Source: the human T2T-CHM13v2.0 reference genome, Homo sapiens. Taken from it: 64,000 bases of DNA. This document shows positions 15,195-30,227 of this stretch, piece by piece. The stretch lies in NCBI RefSeq assembly GCF_009914755.1, contig NC_060925.1; one strand, written 5' to 3'. The translations under genes were made by a program, and so were the position numbers. Each line of letters starts with the position of its first letter. Position 1 is the stretch's first letter. Under the pieces are notes generated by a model, which saw nothing but the letters and a program-made list of their open reading frames with translations, had not been told where the DNA came from and searched no databases.

Positions 15195-15812
15195 GGGGGT
15201 CCCCAAGTCCCCCTTTGGCTTAATGATTCACATAACCCAAGAAAGCTGATTTTTTTTTTTGCGGTTATAGTTTCTAACAGTGAAAGAAACCAGATTAAAA
15301 TAATCAGAAGCATAAAAGCACATAAAGTTGAGTCCAGGACAAACCAGATGTGAGCTTACAGGTGTCCTTTCATAGTGGGGACTTCACACTGACTAATTTT
15401 CTTTACAATGGTGTGAGACATGTGTGAACTTATTACCACCTAGGGAAGCTCAGTCAGTCTTGAGTCCAGGATTTTTATTAGGATTCCACCACATATGCAT
15501 CAAGCGTCCTGTGACTGAACATAGCTACTCAGTTCCCAACCTCCCTATGCGTTAAGAGAGGTCATATTAATATGGCATTACACAAAGTCATAGGCATACA
15601 GAAACAGGTGCTCACAAGAAATCACGTTGTTAGCATCAGCTATTTGATATGACCTACGTTTTCATGTATGCAAAGACTCACATCAGGCAACATATACCAA
15701 GGGCTCATAGGTTAACATCTCCCAGGAGCTTGTCAAGGGCCAGTCCTGAAGACCTTTGGAATGCGCAAGATTTTGGAAAGCCATGTCTGCAGAATTAACC
15801 CTTCATTACACA
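15195..15812 (-). mobile_element. ERVL-class LTR, MER77/MER21-like
   Basis: ggggtccccaag...gagtccagga...tagggaagctca...tttttatt...ttaacccttcattacaca resembles the recalled reverse complement of MER77/MER21. Confidence 0.7.
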
Positions 15813-16176
15813 ACCTCCAAGACTTTTTTTATCTTTAAAAATGTTCTTTGATCTTTGACAATATACCAACCAATACTGAGTAATTAGTAACAACAGTGTA
15901 CTCCTGAGTACTTGCACCTGCAAGGAGAAAAAGGACAGACGCACTTACATAGGACAGATGCATATAGACACCACTATGACAAGTAAAGCTGGAATAATCA
16001 ATAAATTCCTAAAGACTAAGTGGGGCTGGTGAGATTGGGAGACCGCTGACAGCTGCAGAAGTTGGGAAAGATCCATCATCTTGAAAACATTTTCCCAACA
16101 AACCCAATGCGATCTCTCAAGCAATTGGTAAGGAATTCAAGAGAGTCTGTATATGACACAGATCAGGGAGAGCAGA

Positions 16177-16458
16177 ACACTTGGGAGGTGACCAGATCTT
16201 GGGGGTCGAGCCCATATGAATGGGATTAGTGTCTTTATAAAAGAAGCTCAATGGAGTTCTTGTGTGCCTTCCACTACGTGAGGACATAGAAAGAAGGCAC
16301 TATCTATGAACCATGAAATGGGCTCTCATCAACACTGAATTTGTGAGCATCTTGACCTGAGATCTTACAGCCTCAAGAAGTGTGAAAAAAAAAATCTGTT
16401 GCTTTTTAGTCACTCAGTTTATGTTATTTTGTTATAAGAGTCCAAATAGAGCAAGATA
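16177..16458 (+). mobile_element. MaLR LTR, MLT1A-like (5' truncated)
   Basis: atgaatgggattagtgtctttataaaagaag...gtgaggacata...cagcctcaagaagtgtga...tattttgttata motif series. Confidence 0.8.
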
Positions 16459-16689
16459 TTCCACTTAATATGTAGGGGAAGGCAACAACAACTGCCACAC
16501 TTAGAATAATCCTGATGCTGGGAGTATGAAAACAAGAAAAACAAAACAAACCTGCTCTAGGAGGTGAAGGAGGAATATCACTGAGCTCACCAACACAGCC
16601 AGGAAAAGAACAGAAGTGTGAGAAGGCTACATTCCTGAGACCCTGAGAAAAAGTACCTGCATAAGACTGAGATCAAATTACCTACTCTA

Positions 16690-17340
16690 GTTATGATTGA
16701 AATCCCAAAATAAAAGAGGGAAAAATAATGGAGCAAAAGAAATATTTTTCAAAATAACTGCCAAAAACATTGTAAAAGAAGTGACAGAAAATCAAACTTC
16801 AAATATAGGAAACTCAGAGAATGTCAAATAGAACAAAAAGAAATAAGAATTACATCTTGAAAAATCTTTAAAAAGTCAGGTCTAAATTTTATATCTTGCT
16901 CCAAATATATAGAGATATAAATAGGTTATCATCAAGATATGGAGAAAGCCATATCATGGAAACACTAAAATAAGGCTGTGGAAGGACTACATCGATATTA
17001 GCCACAACAGAGTTCGGAACAAGAAATAGTATCAGAGATGAGAGATAATACATAATAGAATCATCAATTACATACAAGAAGATGTAAACATCCTACTAAT
17101 TAGGGTATGCAGCTAACAACAGAACCTCCAAATACATGAGGTAAAACAAGAAAGAAATCAAAGGTGAACTAGAAAAAATCAAAATTATATTTGCAGACTT
17201 CAACACTTTTGTCTTAGTAATGGAAAGACAAGGCACAAACTCAATAATCATGTGGAAGTTAAGAACAACAATATCACCAACAAGACATCCAATCTTCAAT
17301 GGCAGATAATCTTTCCTTTCTAGTGAAAAAAAAACAATAT
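16690..17340 (+). mobile_element. Ancient L1 fragments (ORF1-like, then ORF2 endonuclease-like)
   Basis: A-rich; gtatgcagctaacaacagaacctccaaatacatga...gacttcaacact resembles L1 EN YAPN..KYMK..DFNT. Confidence 0.7.
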
Positions 17341-17379
17341 GGCATATTCTCTAACAAACCCAGAATTTATAACATTTGC

Positions 17380-18025
17380 GTTCTTCCTTACTTCTTTCCA
17401 TCTTCCTTTCTCTTCTCTTCCCTTCACTTGCCTTCTTCCTTCCTTTCTTCTTTTCCTCTTCCTTTTCTTTTTTCTTTTCCTTTCTTTCTTTTCCTTCTTT
17501 TTTCTCCTTCCTTCCTTCTTTCCTTCTTTGTTTCTTTCCTCTTATTCTTCCTTCCCTAATCCCTCCCTTCCTTTCTCCCTCCCTTTTCTTCCTTCTTTTC
17601 TCATATTCTTTCTTTCTCACGTTCTTGCTTTCTTTCCTTTTTTCTTCCTTCCTCCCTCCCTTCCTTTCCCCTTTTTCTTTCCTTCCTTCGCCTGTTTGTT
17701 TTCTTTGTTTCTTTGCCTTCCTCCCTTTTACCATTCTCTCTTCCTCCTTTCCTTCCTCCCTTCCTCCTTTCTTTCTTTCTTTCTCTCTTTCTCTCTCTCT
17801 TTCTCTTTCTTTCTTTCTTTTTTCTTTCTTTCTTTCTTTCTTTCTTTCCTTCTTTCTTTCTTGTGTTCATGTTTTCTGTTTTCTCCCTTCCTGCCTTTCT
17901 CCCTTCCTCCCTCCCTCCCATCCTTCCCTCATTTCCTCCTTCTTTTCTCTTTCTTTCTTTATTCCTTCCTTCCTTCTTTCCTTCCATCTTTTTCTTTCTT
18001 TGTTTTCTTTTCTTTCTTTCTCTTT
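17380..18025 (+). repeat. Polypyrimidine (CTTT/CCTT/CT) low-complexity tract, ~650 bp
   Basis: Almost only C and T on the + strand. Confidence 0.97.
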
Positions 18026-18111
18026 ACTGTAATTAATATTATTTTAGAAAATTAAGAGAGGGAGTCAGAAACATATAGAAAGCTTTAATCTGCAGGTAAA
18101 TAGACTATGTC

Positions 18112-18925
18112 TGCTGTAGGCCAAAGAATGGCCTCCCAAAAATTTTCATGTCCTAATTCCCAGAGTCTAACATACAAATATGTTAGGTTGCACGGCAGTG
18201 TGAAATTAGATTTCAAGTGAAATTAAGGTTGCAGAACAATGATAGAGAGATTGTCTTAAATGGGTGGGATCAATGAAATCACAACCTTCCTTTTAAGTGA
18301 AAGAAGAAGGCAGAAGAAAGGCAACCTTGGAGGTGGTGGCATGAGAAATTACTCAACATCACTGACTTTTAAGATACAAGAATGAGGACCCAGTGGGGTG
18401 GCTCACGCCTAAACCCAGCACTTTGGGAGGCTAGGGTGGGTTTATCACGAGATCAGGAGATCAAGACCATCCTGGCTAACATGGTGAAACCCCATCCCTA
18501 CTAAAAATACAAAAAATTAACTGGGTGTGGTGGCAAGTGTCTGTAGTCCAAGCTACTCAGGAAGCTGAGTCAGAAGAATCACTTGAACCCGGGAGGCAGA
18601 GGTTGCAGTGAGCTGAGATCGTGCCACTGCACTACAGCCTTGGTGACAGAAGGAGACTCCATCTGAAAAAAAAAAAAGAAAAATAGGATATAAGAATGAG
18701 GTCATGTTCCAAAGAATAAAGGTGGCCTCTGGATGCTGAAAAATATCAAGTAATAGATTATGCCACATAGCCCTCAGAAAGACTGCAGCCCTACCCAAAA
18801 CTTGATGTTAGCCCTGCGAGTTTCATTTAAGGCTTCTGTACTACAGAACTGTGGGATTAACGGTCACTTTATTGTAATATATGAAGTTTGTGGTAATTGG
18901 TTACAGCAGCAAGAGGAAGTTTATA
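18112..18925 (+). mobile_element. MaLR LTR, MLT1D/E-like, split by an Alu
   Basis: 5' tgtaggccaaagaatggcctcccaaa...aattaaggttgc and 3' gtttgtggtaattggttacagcagcaagaggaa flank the Alu. Confidence 0.75.
18388..18684 (+). mobile_element. Alu (AluSc/AluY-like) with target-site duplication
   Basis: Dimeric Alu with A tail; flanked by aagatacaagaatgagg (18371-18387) and aggatataagaatgagg (18685-18701). Confidence 0.95.
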
Positions 18926-19907
18926 TTGTAATTGTATCACGAAAATGAGAACCATAATTTACAACTGCTTTTAATACTGCCCTTGGATGTTTGAAATCAC
19001 ATACATGGAAATGATCTCTATGTGCATGAGGGAGGATAGCAAATTGATGCCAAAATATTGCAAATGCAAATCTTACACTCATTTCTATGTAGGTTTCATT
19101 TAATCTTTGAAATTAAAATGAAATTAAAAGATTGTGATCTTTTGATGAAATTAGATTAAAATGAACAATAACAAAATAAGAACTTACTTATATTCTTTAT
19201 ATGGTCAATAAAGAAGTGATAGTGGAAAAAAACAAGATCAAATGAAGGTGATGATTTAGGAAGTTGGAAAGATAGCTGAAACTACAAAATGGTATATAAC
19301 CAGTGAACACTTAGACACACTGATTGATGAACTTCAGCTTTTGGCTTGGTGAGAGCATAAAATAAGAGCAGCTGAGGTTTCCAAATTAGTAATCTCCTTG
19401 TGGAAAATCAGGGAAAACACATCTCAGCCTGATAAGATTTCTCTACTAAAGAGTCTAGACTTGATCCATTTGTCCTTGTAATTCAAAAGCTAATTCAAAT
19501 ACTGATTTGATGTATTGTGTGAACAACCATTGCTGATTATCATCGCATACCTGGCATTCTCTTGTATCTGATATCTAAAATATTTGGTAATTCCTGGACT
19601 TTCTCTTTTCAAACCCAGGACGGTTTAATTTGAGTCTTAGAACAGTTGTCTTTGAGAAATTCTTCCCTCTACTGCATCTGTGAATGGGTATAGCATGGTT
19701 ACATACATACTGTCACTCCATAGAACATTTGTTAAATTATAGCCAAAGTTTAAAGCAAGAGCTTTAACTTACTGGTTTTACTAATGGTTTCCTCCCCAAT
19801 AGCCACAACCATATTGCTACCCTCACACCTTTTAACGTAAAACTTGGTGTTGTCTATTTTTCAGATGCTGTCATCTATATGATCTCAGTATTTTAAAAAT
19901 CAGCTTC

Positions 19908-20234
<327 letters not shown>

Positions 20235-21399
20235 CTATGTAAATATGCACAGGTGATGTCCATATAGACATAAATAATAATATTTCTGACAATGGGTCCA
20301 TATGATCTTCAAAATGTAAAATGCCTGTCTGTGTAATTGACTGGTTAGTCTCATTAATGAATATAGATTCAATTCTACTTTCTTGTTCTAGATAAATTAT
20401 ATAATCTAGCTTTTCATTTCACTTATTTACTGATAACAACAGGAGGAATGACAGGATATCTATTTTGGAAAATTACTCTGGTAGGAGTAAAGATGAAACA
20501 ATGATAGAATTGCACGGACAACTAGAAAAATGTATGGTCTTCTGATATTCTATCACATCACATACTAAAGGCCTCATAAAACTCAGATATTTTATCTAAA
20601 AATGTTATTTTCATCATAGGAATGATCAAAGCATGAGACTACAATTGTATTAAAATGTGCTTGTATCACAAGCACAGGTGCTAAAAAGGAGGGGAAAACA
20701 TCCTTACTGATATTTTCAACGTATGTTTTACTTTTCATCAACATGAACCTCAACTTGATATGATGCAGATTGAAGGAAATCACCCATAATTCCATAAGAA
20801 GAAGGCCTGTGATATTTTATGGGAAAATAAATTGAGAAAATGCTAACAGAAACTCTGTTAAGCATGAAGCTTTATGGAGCAAACACAAATCCAGTGGTGA
20901 AAGATAAACACTCGAGTTCTGTTTGTTGTCTTGGAACAATACGGTTTAGAGGTGACTGGCGGGTGAGGAGAACATATGCGAGTTCACCAAAGAGAAAAGC
21001 TGAATGAGGCAATGCCTCTTCCTGAGCATATCTCTTACTCAGATAACTATAGAATTTATTGTCCAGTAAAGGGTATATTAAAAAATCATATTAAAAGTCA
21101 TGCAGTGAAGTTGTCCAGGGAAATCAAGACTTAACAGTCTCACTCTGACAATAATGAACAGGGGGATTCCCTCAAGATAGACTAGGACATGACCCCACAC
21201 TGGTAGGTAGTAGTACCAGAAAAGAACGCATGGAAAATCTTTACCTTATGCTTGAGGTAGGGACCAGGCTAAAGTGAAAGCCAGACCTAAAATTCTATCT
21301 AAAATAAATCCACAATCGAAGAAAATATGTGGTGTACAGGCATAGAATGTCTTTACTGGATCATTGAAATAGTAAGATAAATTCAACTTTTTACATTGT

Positions 21400-22300
21400 T
21401 GTCTTTTCCTCCAGTTAGGGCTTCAGGTTTGTCTCTGGAGAGTGACTGTCAATTGGAGCCCTGCCTTTCTGGGGTTCTGGTCAGGGGGTTGTGGATGCTT
21501 AACATGTGCCTTTCACAGGACACTTCCTTACCCCAGCAGTGGCCAGGTGTGCATCCCACGACCAGGCCTCCCTCTCACGGAACATCTGTTGAGACTAGGA
21601 GATGCCTGGTGACTGTTGCCTGACCTGTGTCCTGTGTATTTCTGACAAGAGCCACTCTCAGAGACCCTGGCCAGGAGGAGAGTTAGGTTCTAGTGTAGCT
21701 CAGCTCAGACACATGGAGGCCACAGAACCAAACATGGGAAATCACAGAAGTAGGTTTATTACTCACAGATCCAGAGAGAAGAGGGTAGCTGAGAAGAGGG
21801 TTTAGCTGTGTCCCCAGCCAAATCTCATCTTGAATTCCCACATGTTGTGGGAGGGAACAGGTGGGAGGTAATTGAATCATGGGGGCAGGTCTTTCTCATG
21901 CTGTTCTTCTGATAGTGAATAAGTCTCACAAGATCTGATGGTTTTATAAAGGGAAGTTTCCCTGCACAAGCTCTCTTGTCTTGTCTGCTGCCATGTGAGA
22001 CGTGCCTTTCAGCTTGCACCATGATTGTGAGGCCTACCCAGCCATGTGGAACTGTTCGTCTATTAAACCTCTTTCTTCTGGCAATTACCCAGTCTTGGGC
22101 ATGTCTTTACCGGCGGTGTGAAAATGGACTAATACAGTAGCACACCTCATAGGGCTGAACAAAATGGGGAAGATGAGTGGGGAGCAGGAGAGAGAAAAGG
22201 GGTCTGTGGGACTCCAGCCATTATTTGGCCCAGAACATTACCCAAATAAGTTTTCCACGGGGCACTAGTCGGTGGGGTGAGTGCCAGCAGGCACATTTCT
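21400..22300 (-). mobile_element. ERVL LTR of the MER54/MER73/MER74 group, interrupted by THE1
   Basis: gagccactctc..ccctggccaggaggagagttaggttc...tttattactcacagatccagagagaagaggg resembles this family; boundaries approximate. Confidence 0.55.
21790..22136 (+). mobile_element. THE1 (THE1B/C-like) solo LTR
   Basis: TG...CA termini; ctgtgtccccagccaaatctcatcttgaattcccac...aaatggactaataca; perfect 5-bp TSD GTAGC at 21785-21789 and 22137-22141. Confidence 0.95.
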
Positions 22301-24453
22301 TGACTCCCGCTGCAAGCGAGCAGGTTACTGTGGCGTGTGGGGGCTGTCCATGTGCGCTGTGAGGTCTGTGGGGTGAGTCAGGTAGGTTGTATCCAACGGT
22401 TCCATAGCTGGTAGTCACCACGAGGAGATAACTGTGTAGGGTCAATATCTGGGCCAACCACACTGAGGAAGTGTGAGGGTTAGAACTGGAAATTGTCAAG
22501 AGAATCCGAACCCAGCTACCATATGAGAGAGTTCAACTTATGTTCAATGTGAATGCCATGGCAATATTAAAAGGTAAGAATTCGCTCCATATGTGCTTGA
22601 GGTAAATAGGAGAAACCTAGAATTTCTGTAAACAGTGAGAAGGTTGGATGCGTTTTATGTCACGTATTTCAATACTAGCAGCTTATTATATATGTCAATC
22701 CATCAGGCATTCAGAAATACAGGCTTATGAAAATTTTTTGCACCATCAGACAAAAGACAAGGGTAGAAGACTTTTGTAACCCCATAAACACTAGTAAATT
22801 AAAAACAGAAGGACCTTTATGTCCTAACATATCTGTGTTGTGAAAGGCTGCCCTGTGAAATATGGGATTTCTTAAACATATTTTAAAAATCATAGGTGTC
22901 AATTTTTTTAGAAATCCGTTTAAATTTTCTCTTGTTATTTTACAATGCCTATTTATTTATTTAGTGGCTCTGCTGATTTTGATGTATATCCAAAACTTTA
23001 TATTTTCTTTAAAATATGTTTTATAGAACTTTATGTAAAATGTTTCAGTATCTTCACATTCTCTCCCTGTCCTTTTGTTTTGCTCTTATATGGTGGTCTT
23101 GAGTCTTTTCTCTGGCTTTTCAAACCTAGTAAGACTAAGACACTAAGGTAACTTTGCCCGTGGTTTGGTAATGCCTTCTAAAGCACATCCTAAGCTCTCG
23201 TGCATACAGGGGTCTCCTTTGAGCTCTGTGCTTTTGAGATCTCATACACCTAAATTCCAGTACTCCAAATCAGTACTGCTCGGTTTTAGTGACTAAGTTT
23301 AAAAATGTATTTTAATAGCAAGTTAGTTTAGTGCCCTCTTGCTTCTTTCTTGACTGCTTGTATACATTTATATTCCTTTAAATGAATCTTGAAATTTATT
23401 TAGAAATATTAAATTATACTAATGAAACTGTATATTGTTGTGAATTCATAAGTGAATTTGGAAAGAATTTGTCTTTATGATACTAAATCCTTTTTATCCA
23501 AGAATCATATATGTCTTTATATTTATTCCAGTCTATATTTATATCACTGAGTAAATATGTAGAAATGTGGATACATACAGCTGTAGTTACAGATACAAAT
23601 ATAGATATAACCTGCTAAATCTATATCTATCCCATATAACATATATACATGTTATATGTGTGTGTTTATATATATATGTTTATGTCGTGAAAGAGCTCCC
23701 TTAATATTTTTCTTTTATTTCCCTTATAATTTTAGGTCGAGCTTGAATTTTCCTTGTATAAACAAGCAAATATTTATACTAGTATTAATACTGATGTTTA
23801 GACATTGTATCTTATTTTAGCGCTGAATATTTTCACAATTATTATAAATATTATCTAATACTAATAATGTACCTGTTAAAAATTTCTAAAATTTTACCTT
23901 GAATTATTTTATTGTTGAATTAAAATTCCTTTAATATGATAGTCAATTTCTATTTTATGCTTTCTCTATGCATATGTAAATTAATGTATCCACTTCTCTA
24001 TCTCTATGTAGTAACATATGAAAATCAGGCCTCTCTTCTTCTAATGGACATACACATGTTTGCATATAGAATATCAGACTCTTTATAGCATTTAAAATCT
24101 TTAAAGACATGAATATTGCCTTTTAACAAATATATTATAGCATGTACTGAGAATCCCCTATTTATTTTTAATTTGGGCTAATCAATATGATTATTAATAT
24201 TACTGGATTACCAAATTTGGAAACACACTTTCATCCCGAAGGTGGATTTTTTTTTTTTTGCCAATTTCTTGTCTAATTGTTTCAAATATTGTTGGATATT
24301 ATTTGTATTTTATTTGGCATTTTAGTATCAACATTTGTAATTGAGGTACTCTACATATTTTTTCATCAATATCTGGTGGGTTTCATAGTTACTGCTATAT
24401 TGGATTTGTAGTAGACATTGACAAAAATTATTCCTGTATGTTTTATAGCTGTA

Positions 24454-25002
24454 TGAAGGAAACTAATATATTTTACCCCTAAATATATTTCCTTGATATA
24501 TTTCAAAATGGCTATTGAGAAGGGCTGGAAATGCAAAGTTAGCTGCAAAGCTGTCTTGGGGAGATTTGCATCGGTAGAGAATCTGCCCTGATGCAGCCAG
24601 GTTTTCTCTGAGGTCTGCCCCCTTGTCTGGATCTAGGAAAGGTTAACTGAGAGGCTGAGGTCTCCAAAGGTCTGAAAGAAACATTTTCTGTCTATTCTCT
24701 CTGAGGACTACTCCCAGTGAGATTCCACCTGTGTAATAAGTCCACTGTTGCTAGCCAGGGTCGTTTTCTCACATAACCTTTTTCTTTCTTTTCCCTGTGA
24801 TCCAAGACCCCATTTTTCTGTAAACTTCATGTGGTAGATAAGCTTCTGCACGCATCGTGTGACTGGGTCTTCGTTCTAAGGGTTCCAGTGTACACACATT
24901 GCAGAAACCTGTATGCCTTTTCTACTATTTATCTGCCTCCTATTAGTGATTTTCAGGGAGACTTCAGAAGGCAAAAGGGACATTCTCCTTTAGCCCATTA
25001 TC
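24454..25002 (+). mobile_element. ERV1 LTR, MER34 family
   Basis: tgaaggaaactaatatattttacccctaaatatatttc...ggggagatttgcatc..gtagagaatct...gatgcagccagg; TG..CA ends. Confidence 0.8.
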
Positions 25003-25206
25003 AGACAAATTCCCCCAACATTTAACTGATTCCTAATAGCTTAAAATCACTTTGAAAAATACATATATTTATATCCTTTTCTTCCCTCTATGATTTCTGG
25101 TCAGCTTGGGTTTTGTTTTTCATTCCATTTACTTCATCCTCGAAAAGATCTATTTTACGTCTATTTATTCTCATTTATGGACATCGAGAAAAGAAAATAA
25201 CTTTCA

Positions 25207-25637
25207 TGTGAGAAATGCAAGTCCTTTGAAATAATCAGGCCCAGAGAGATATTCAAATGAGACAGCAGTTCTGTCCTGCTCCTCTTTGAGCTGTGTGTTC
25301 ATCTAGGCTCCTTGCTGTTGCCACAGTAGCTATGAATTAACCAATAACGCCACACCAGACACTATAATCCACACCCCATAATAGTGTAACCGTGTATAGC
25401 CAGTCACTAATAAATGTTATTTCCATAAGCCAATGAGAATTTGTGACAAACCTCTTTGCATCATCCCACTTCTGGACCCTTTTTTACCTTTAAGAAACTG
25501 CTTGTTGCAAAGCTCCAAAGGGAGTTCACATCCAAGGATACTTGGGTCTGTTTCTTCCAGGCAGCTGTCCTCACTGTGGCTTAAGTAAACTCTTTGAATT
25601 ACGTTTTGTGCTTCAGCCCCTTCCACTTAGATTAACA
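25207..25637 (+). mobile_element. ERV1 (MER4-group) solo LTR; subfamily not resolved
   Basis: TG..CA ends, agccaatgagaat CAAT box, and 3' cttccaggcagctgtcctca..gtaaactcttt...ttagattaaca typical of MER4-group LTRs. Confidence 0.65.
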
Positions 25638-25751
25638 ACATGGATTTGTGTCACCATGTACAGCAATTAAAATGTTTACACTTTTCCCCTCGAGGGCACT
25701 GATGTGTTTTCCTGAGCACTTGGAATAGCTACGTAGTGTTTCCTGTCTAGA

Positions 25752-25940
25752 TTATGGTTTCTCAACCTTGGTGCTACTTACCTTTAGGACCAGAGGATTC
25801 TTTGTTGTGGGAGGCTGCCCTAGCAATGCTAGGTGTTTCTTGTGACCTCTAAATTTCACACCTCCACCAGTCTTGACATCCCCACGATAACCCTAGACAT
25901 TGACAAATGTCTCCTGGGGAAAACTCTCCACCAGTTGACA
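25752..25940. mobile_element. MER20 (hAT-Charlie) fragment
   Basis: tttctcaaccttgg...attctttgttgtgggaggctgccct...agacattgacaaatgtctcctgggg. Confidence 0.8.
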
Positions 25941-26919
25941 GGCAAAGTTCTGGAAATATTGGAATTGTCAATTGAGATTTTATGTTATCCAAAACAAATA
26001 TTTTTCTTTGTTTTTAAACATCTACTTCCATCTACTTATCTACTTATTTTTACTTTTATTTGTAACTTAATTCCATCAAGGAGAGAGAGTGCATTTTCTG
26101 TTATGCTAAATTTTTGAAGAATGTATTGATATTTTATGACCTGATATATGGATGATATGTAGATATTACATGTTTGTATTATCAAATTTCAGGGTGATAA
26201 TAAAATAAATACTTATAATATTTATATTGTCACTGTATATTAGTTATTTTCTTTCTTCACTACAGGAGTTTTTCAACCTATAGGCTATGTTTCAATTCTA
26301 GGTTATCCAGTAGATTTTGAAATGTTCTGATTAAATATCTACTTCTCAAGCATTCATCTTTGCAAATGAAACGATCCCAAGCTCTTATAATACACATCAT
26401 ATAAAGGGCAGATTAGTCAATGTATGGTTCAGAAATAATTATGTAATATTTATAAGAAAATTAAAAATTTATATCCTTAACTCAGATAAGAATAATCCAA
26501 ATTAAAATTGGATTTCATTACATAATTTAAAATGACACCAGAATGCTAGTAAAAATTATACAAAAAATTTATGTAATCTTATTAAGCTGTGGGACTTTAT
26601 TAGCATAAATTCAAATACAGGAACCAAAGTAAGATTGAGAGCTATAGTCAAAGGTTAAAATGTACACATTATAGGGGCATGATTAAACTAATTTAAAGCA
26701 TAATAACATGGAGAAATATTGCAAAACATACATTTTACTGAATTAATTGTTAGTATCTAATCATTTTGTGAGAACCAAATTAAAAAGTAGCTACACACGC
26801 ACACACCCACACACAAGTGCAATACTGTCAAATAAACGATGTTCAGCTACACTAGAAATCACACCTGTGTTTTCTCCACAGAAAAGATTAAAAATCGCAA
26901 TAATTTTTATTGTACATAT

Positions 26920-27850
<931 letters not shown>

Positions 27851-29218
27851 TAGAGAAAAGACAAACATATAGGTGACAAATAATATTTAGAGTGTAAGAC
27901 GCTTTTTAAAGGTATATTTGCAATTTGTGTCAAAACATTGAAATGTACATTTGTTATTTTAACAATAAAATTTCAATTAATTTAAGCCAAATACATAGTA
28001 TATGCAGAAAATTTAGCAATATATCTATGTAGCACCTTACTGTGCATTATTGTAACCAGCCGTCTAATATAAAGAATTAAGGTAGCAGCTGCTTTCCAAA
28101 TAGCGCATTTTTTTCACAGACCTATTAAATAAGACAAATAACATTTAAACTTTATTTTTAAATTTGCAGAATAGCAGTTTTCAGCAGATGGTTTATTTTA
28201 GCAAATTCCATCTTCACATTGTGCTATGCTTTTATGAGTTCCAGCTGTTAACGGATACTATTTTACTGCTGAAACTATCCTGTGTGATATAATTGCTCAT
28301 TATGTGCCTTAAAACACAAGCAATATAATTATTTTCAACTTGGAGCAAATTAAAATCTTATCAGCAATTTAAAATCTCTAGAGTCATCTTCTTCTGGTTA
28401 ATTATTTTAAACTTGTATTTTTCTCTTTATGTTTTTAGTGAGTTCTCTTATCAAGGAGAAGATCTCAAGGTGATTATTCTTTTTTTTCTCTTCCATGCAC
28501 CTCGCAGGTGTGTTAATAATTTCATTTCTCAGAAAATATTCTTTCATATCTATCTTACAAGATGAGAGACCTTTTAATATCTTCCATTCGGATGTGATAC
28601 CAGTAATGGAACATATTCCAGCTTCATGAATATGGTGATACAAATAGTTATTCATCTAACCTCTTTCAGTGCCAAATGTTTACTATACTCAGTGAGTTAC
28701 TCAGTTGACTGGTAATTTCTTCTGAAATCACTAATGAGAGGATCAGAGGTCTGGCTGTTGTCTGTACCTCATATGACTCCCAGTGCAGACAATTGTTTCT
28801 ATGGAGCACAGACAGTTGAAAGGATTGACTTCCTGCCTAGAATAGTTTCTGCTGTGCTTCTTATCCTTCTTGTGGAGATTTCAGATTACCTGAATTGCTT
28901 TTCTATCTTAAGAAAAAACGCAACGATTCTCCCACCTGAGAGGAATGTAAACTGAAGTAAGTTAACAGAACCAATCCATAAAGTTTTTACATTGTTTGTT
29001 GCAAAATGCAGCGCTGGTGTCTCCATCACTAACCTTTTCTATCCCTCATTGCTCTTTCTTTGACTGCAATAGGATACCTCTATGCAAATCTGTATTCCCG
29101 AGACTGAGTGCCCTTTTGGTGAGCTATAAGCACACTCAATGGTAGGCTGAAATACTAGTTTTTATCTATGGCGAAATGGAATCATATCAGTGAATTTTTT
29201 AAAAAGGAAATTTAACTC

Positions 29219-29340
29219 TTGCTATGGTTTGAATGCTTGCCCCTTCCAATCTCATGTTAAAATTTGATCCCCAATGTTGCAGGTGGGGCTCACTGGGAGG
29301 TGTTTGGTCATGGGGTTGGACCTTCATGAATGGATAAAAC
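29219..29340 (+). mobile_element. MaLR LTR 5' fragment (MST-like)
   Basis: tgctatggtttgaatg...ctcatgttaaaatttgatccccaatgttg...gggaggtgtttggtcatgggg. Confidence 0.75.
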
Positions 29341-30227
29341 TCTCCCTTAGAAATCTAAAGCTATCCTCCCTCCTCGGTGCCCTCAGGAATGAGTGTACCA
29401 TTCCTTATTCACCTATGATTACCCCACCCATCCTTTTTGAGATATTGACTACATGTATGTTACACTGATGCACATTGTCTGACCTATGAGTGAGTTTCTG
29501 GTTTTCTTATTTTAGTTTACCGTTTGTCCTTTAGTTTGTAATGCTTCCAATTTGTTCTATAAATGTTCTGATGTTAGGGTAAAATCCATTACTTATTCTA
29601 TCTCATGGAATTTTTATTTCAAGTATTTATTTTTCATCTATATATGTCACATTTTTCATTTTATAACTTTTATTTTTCTCCTATATTTAATTTTCATTTA
29701 AGTACCTTGACATATATATGTATTTATCTATATGTATTTATAAAATATATTTACTTTAAGGATCTTGAAATTTCCTTCTTGTCTGTCATTTATAAATGAC
29801 TTATTTTTATCCTGTTAATATATATTTTAATTATATATGTCTTACAGCTTCTTTGCATTTCAGAGTTTTTTTTTGGGTATTTTGATGTTATGCTATTGAA
29901 TATCTAGATTTTATTGGCTACCTTTGAATAATGTTGTGACAGGCAGTTCAGTAACTTCAGGATGAGTATTTGTCTGTTGTTTTAAATCTTCTCTTTAAAC
30001 TTTGTTGAGTTAGTCTAGAGCCATCTGTAATTTGGAGTTAAATGAGCACTGTCACTAGGGCATGGACCTCCAGTGGTCTTTACTGAATATCCTGGAGGTA
30101 CAGAGGGGATTCCCTTCTCTGATTAGAATTTGGAATATAAAGAGAAAAGAGAAAAATAGAAAGCTATGCATAAACACGTGCATTAAAATGAATTTTATGT
30201 GGGCTTTTTCATGAAAATGTTCCTAAG

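Noticed and set aside
17299-18055. F/S/L/P-rich and K/E/R-rich ORFs up to 238 aa
   Set aside because: The pyrimidine tract lacks stop codons by composition.
29172-29186. HSat-like gaaatggaatcat near the left-arm breakpoint
   Set aside because: Too short, and the paralog reads gaaatagaaacat; likely chance.
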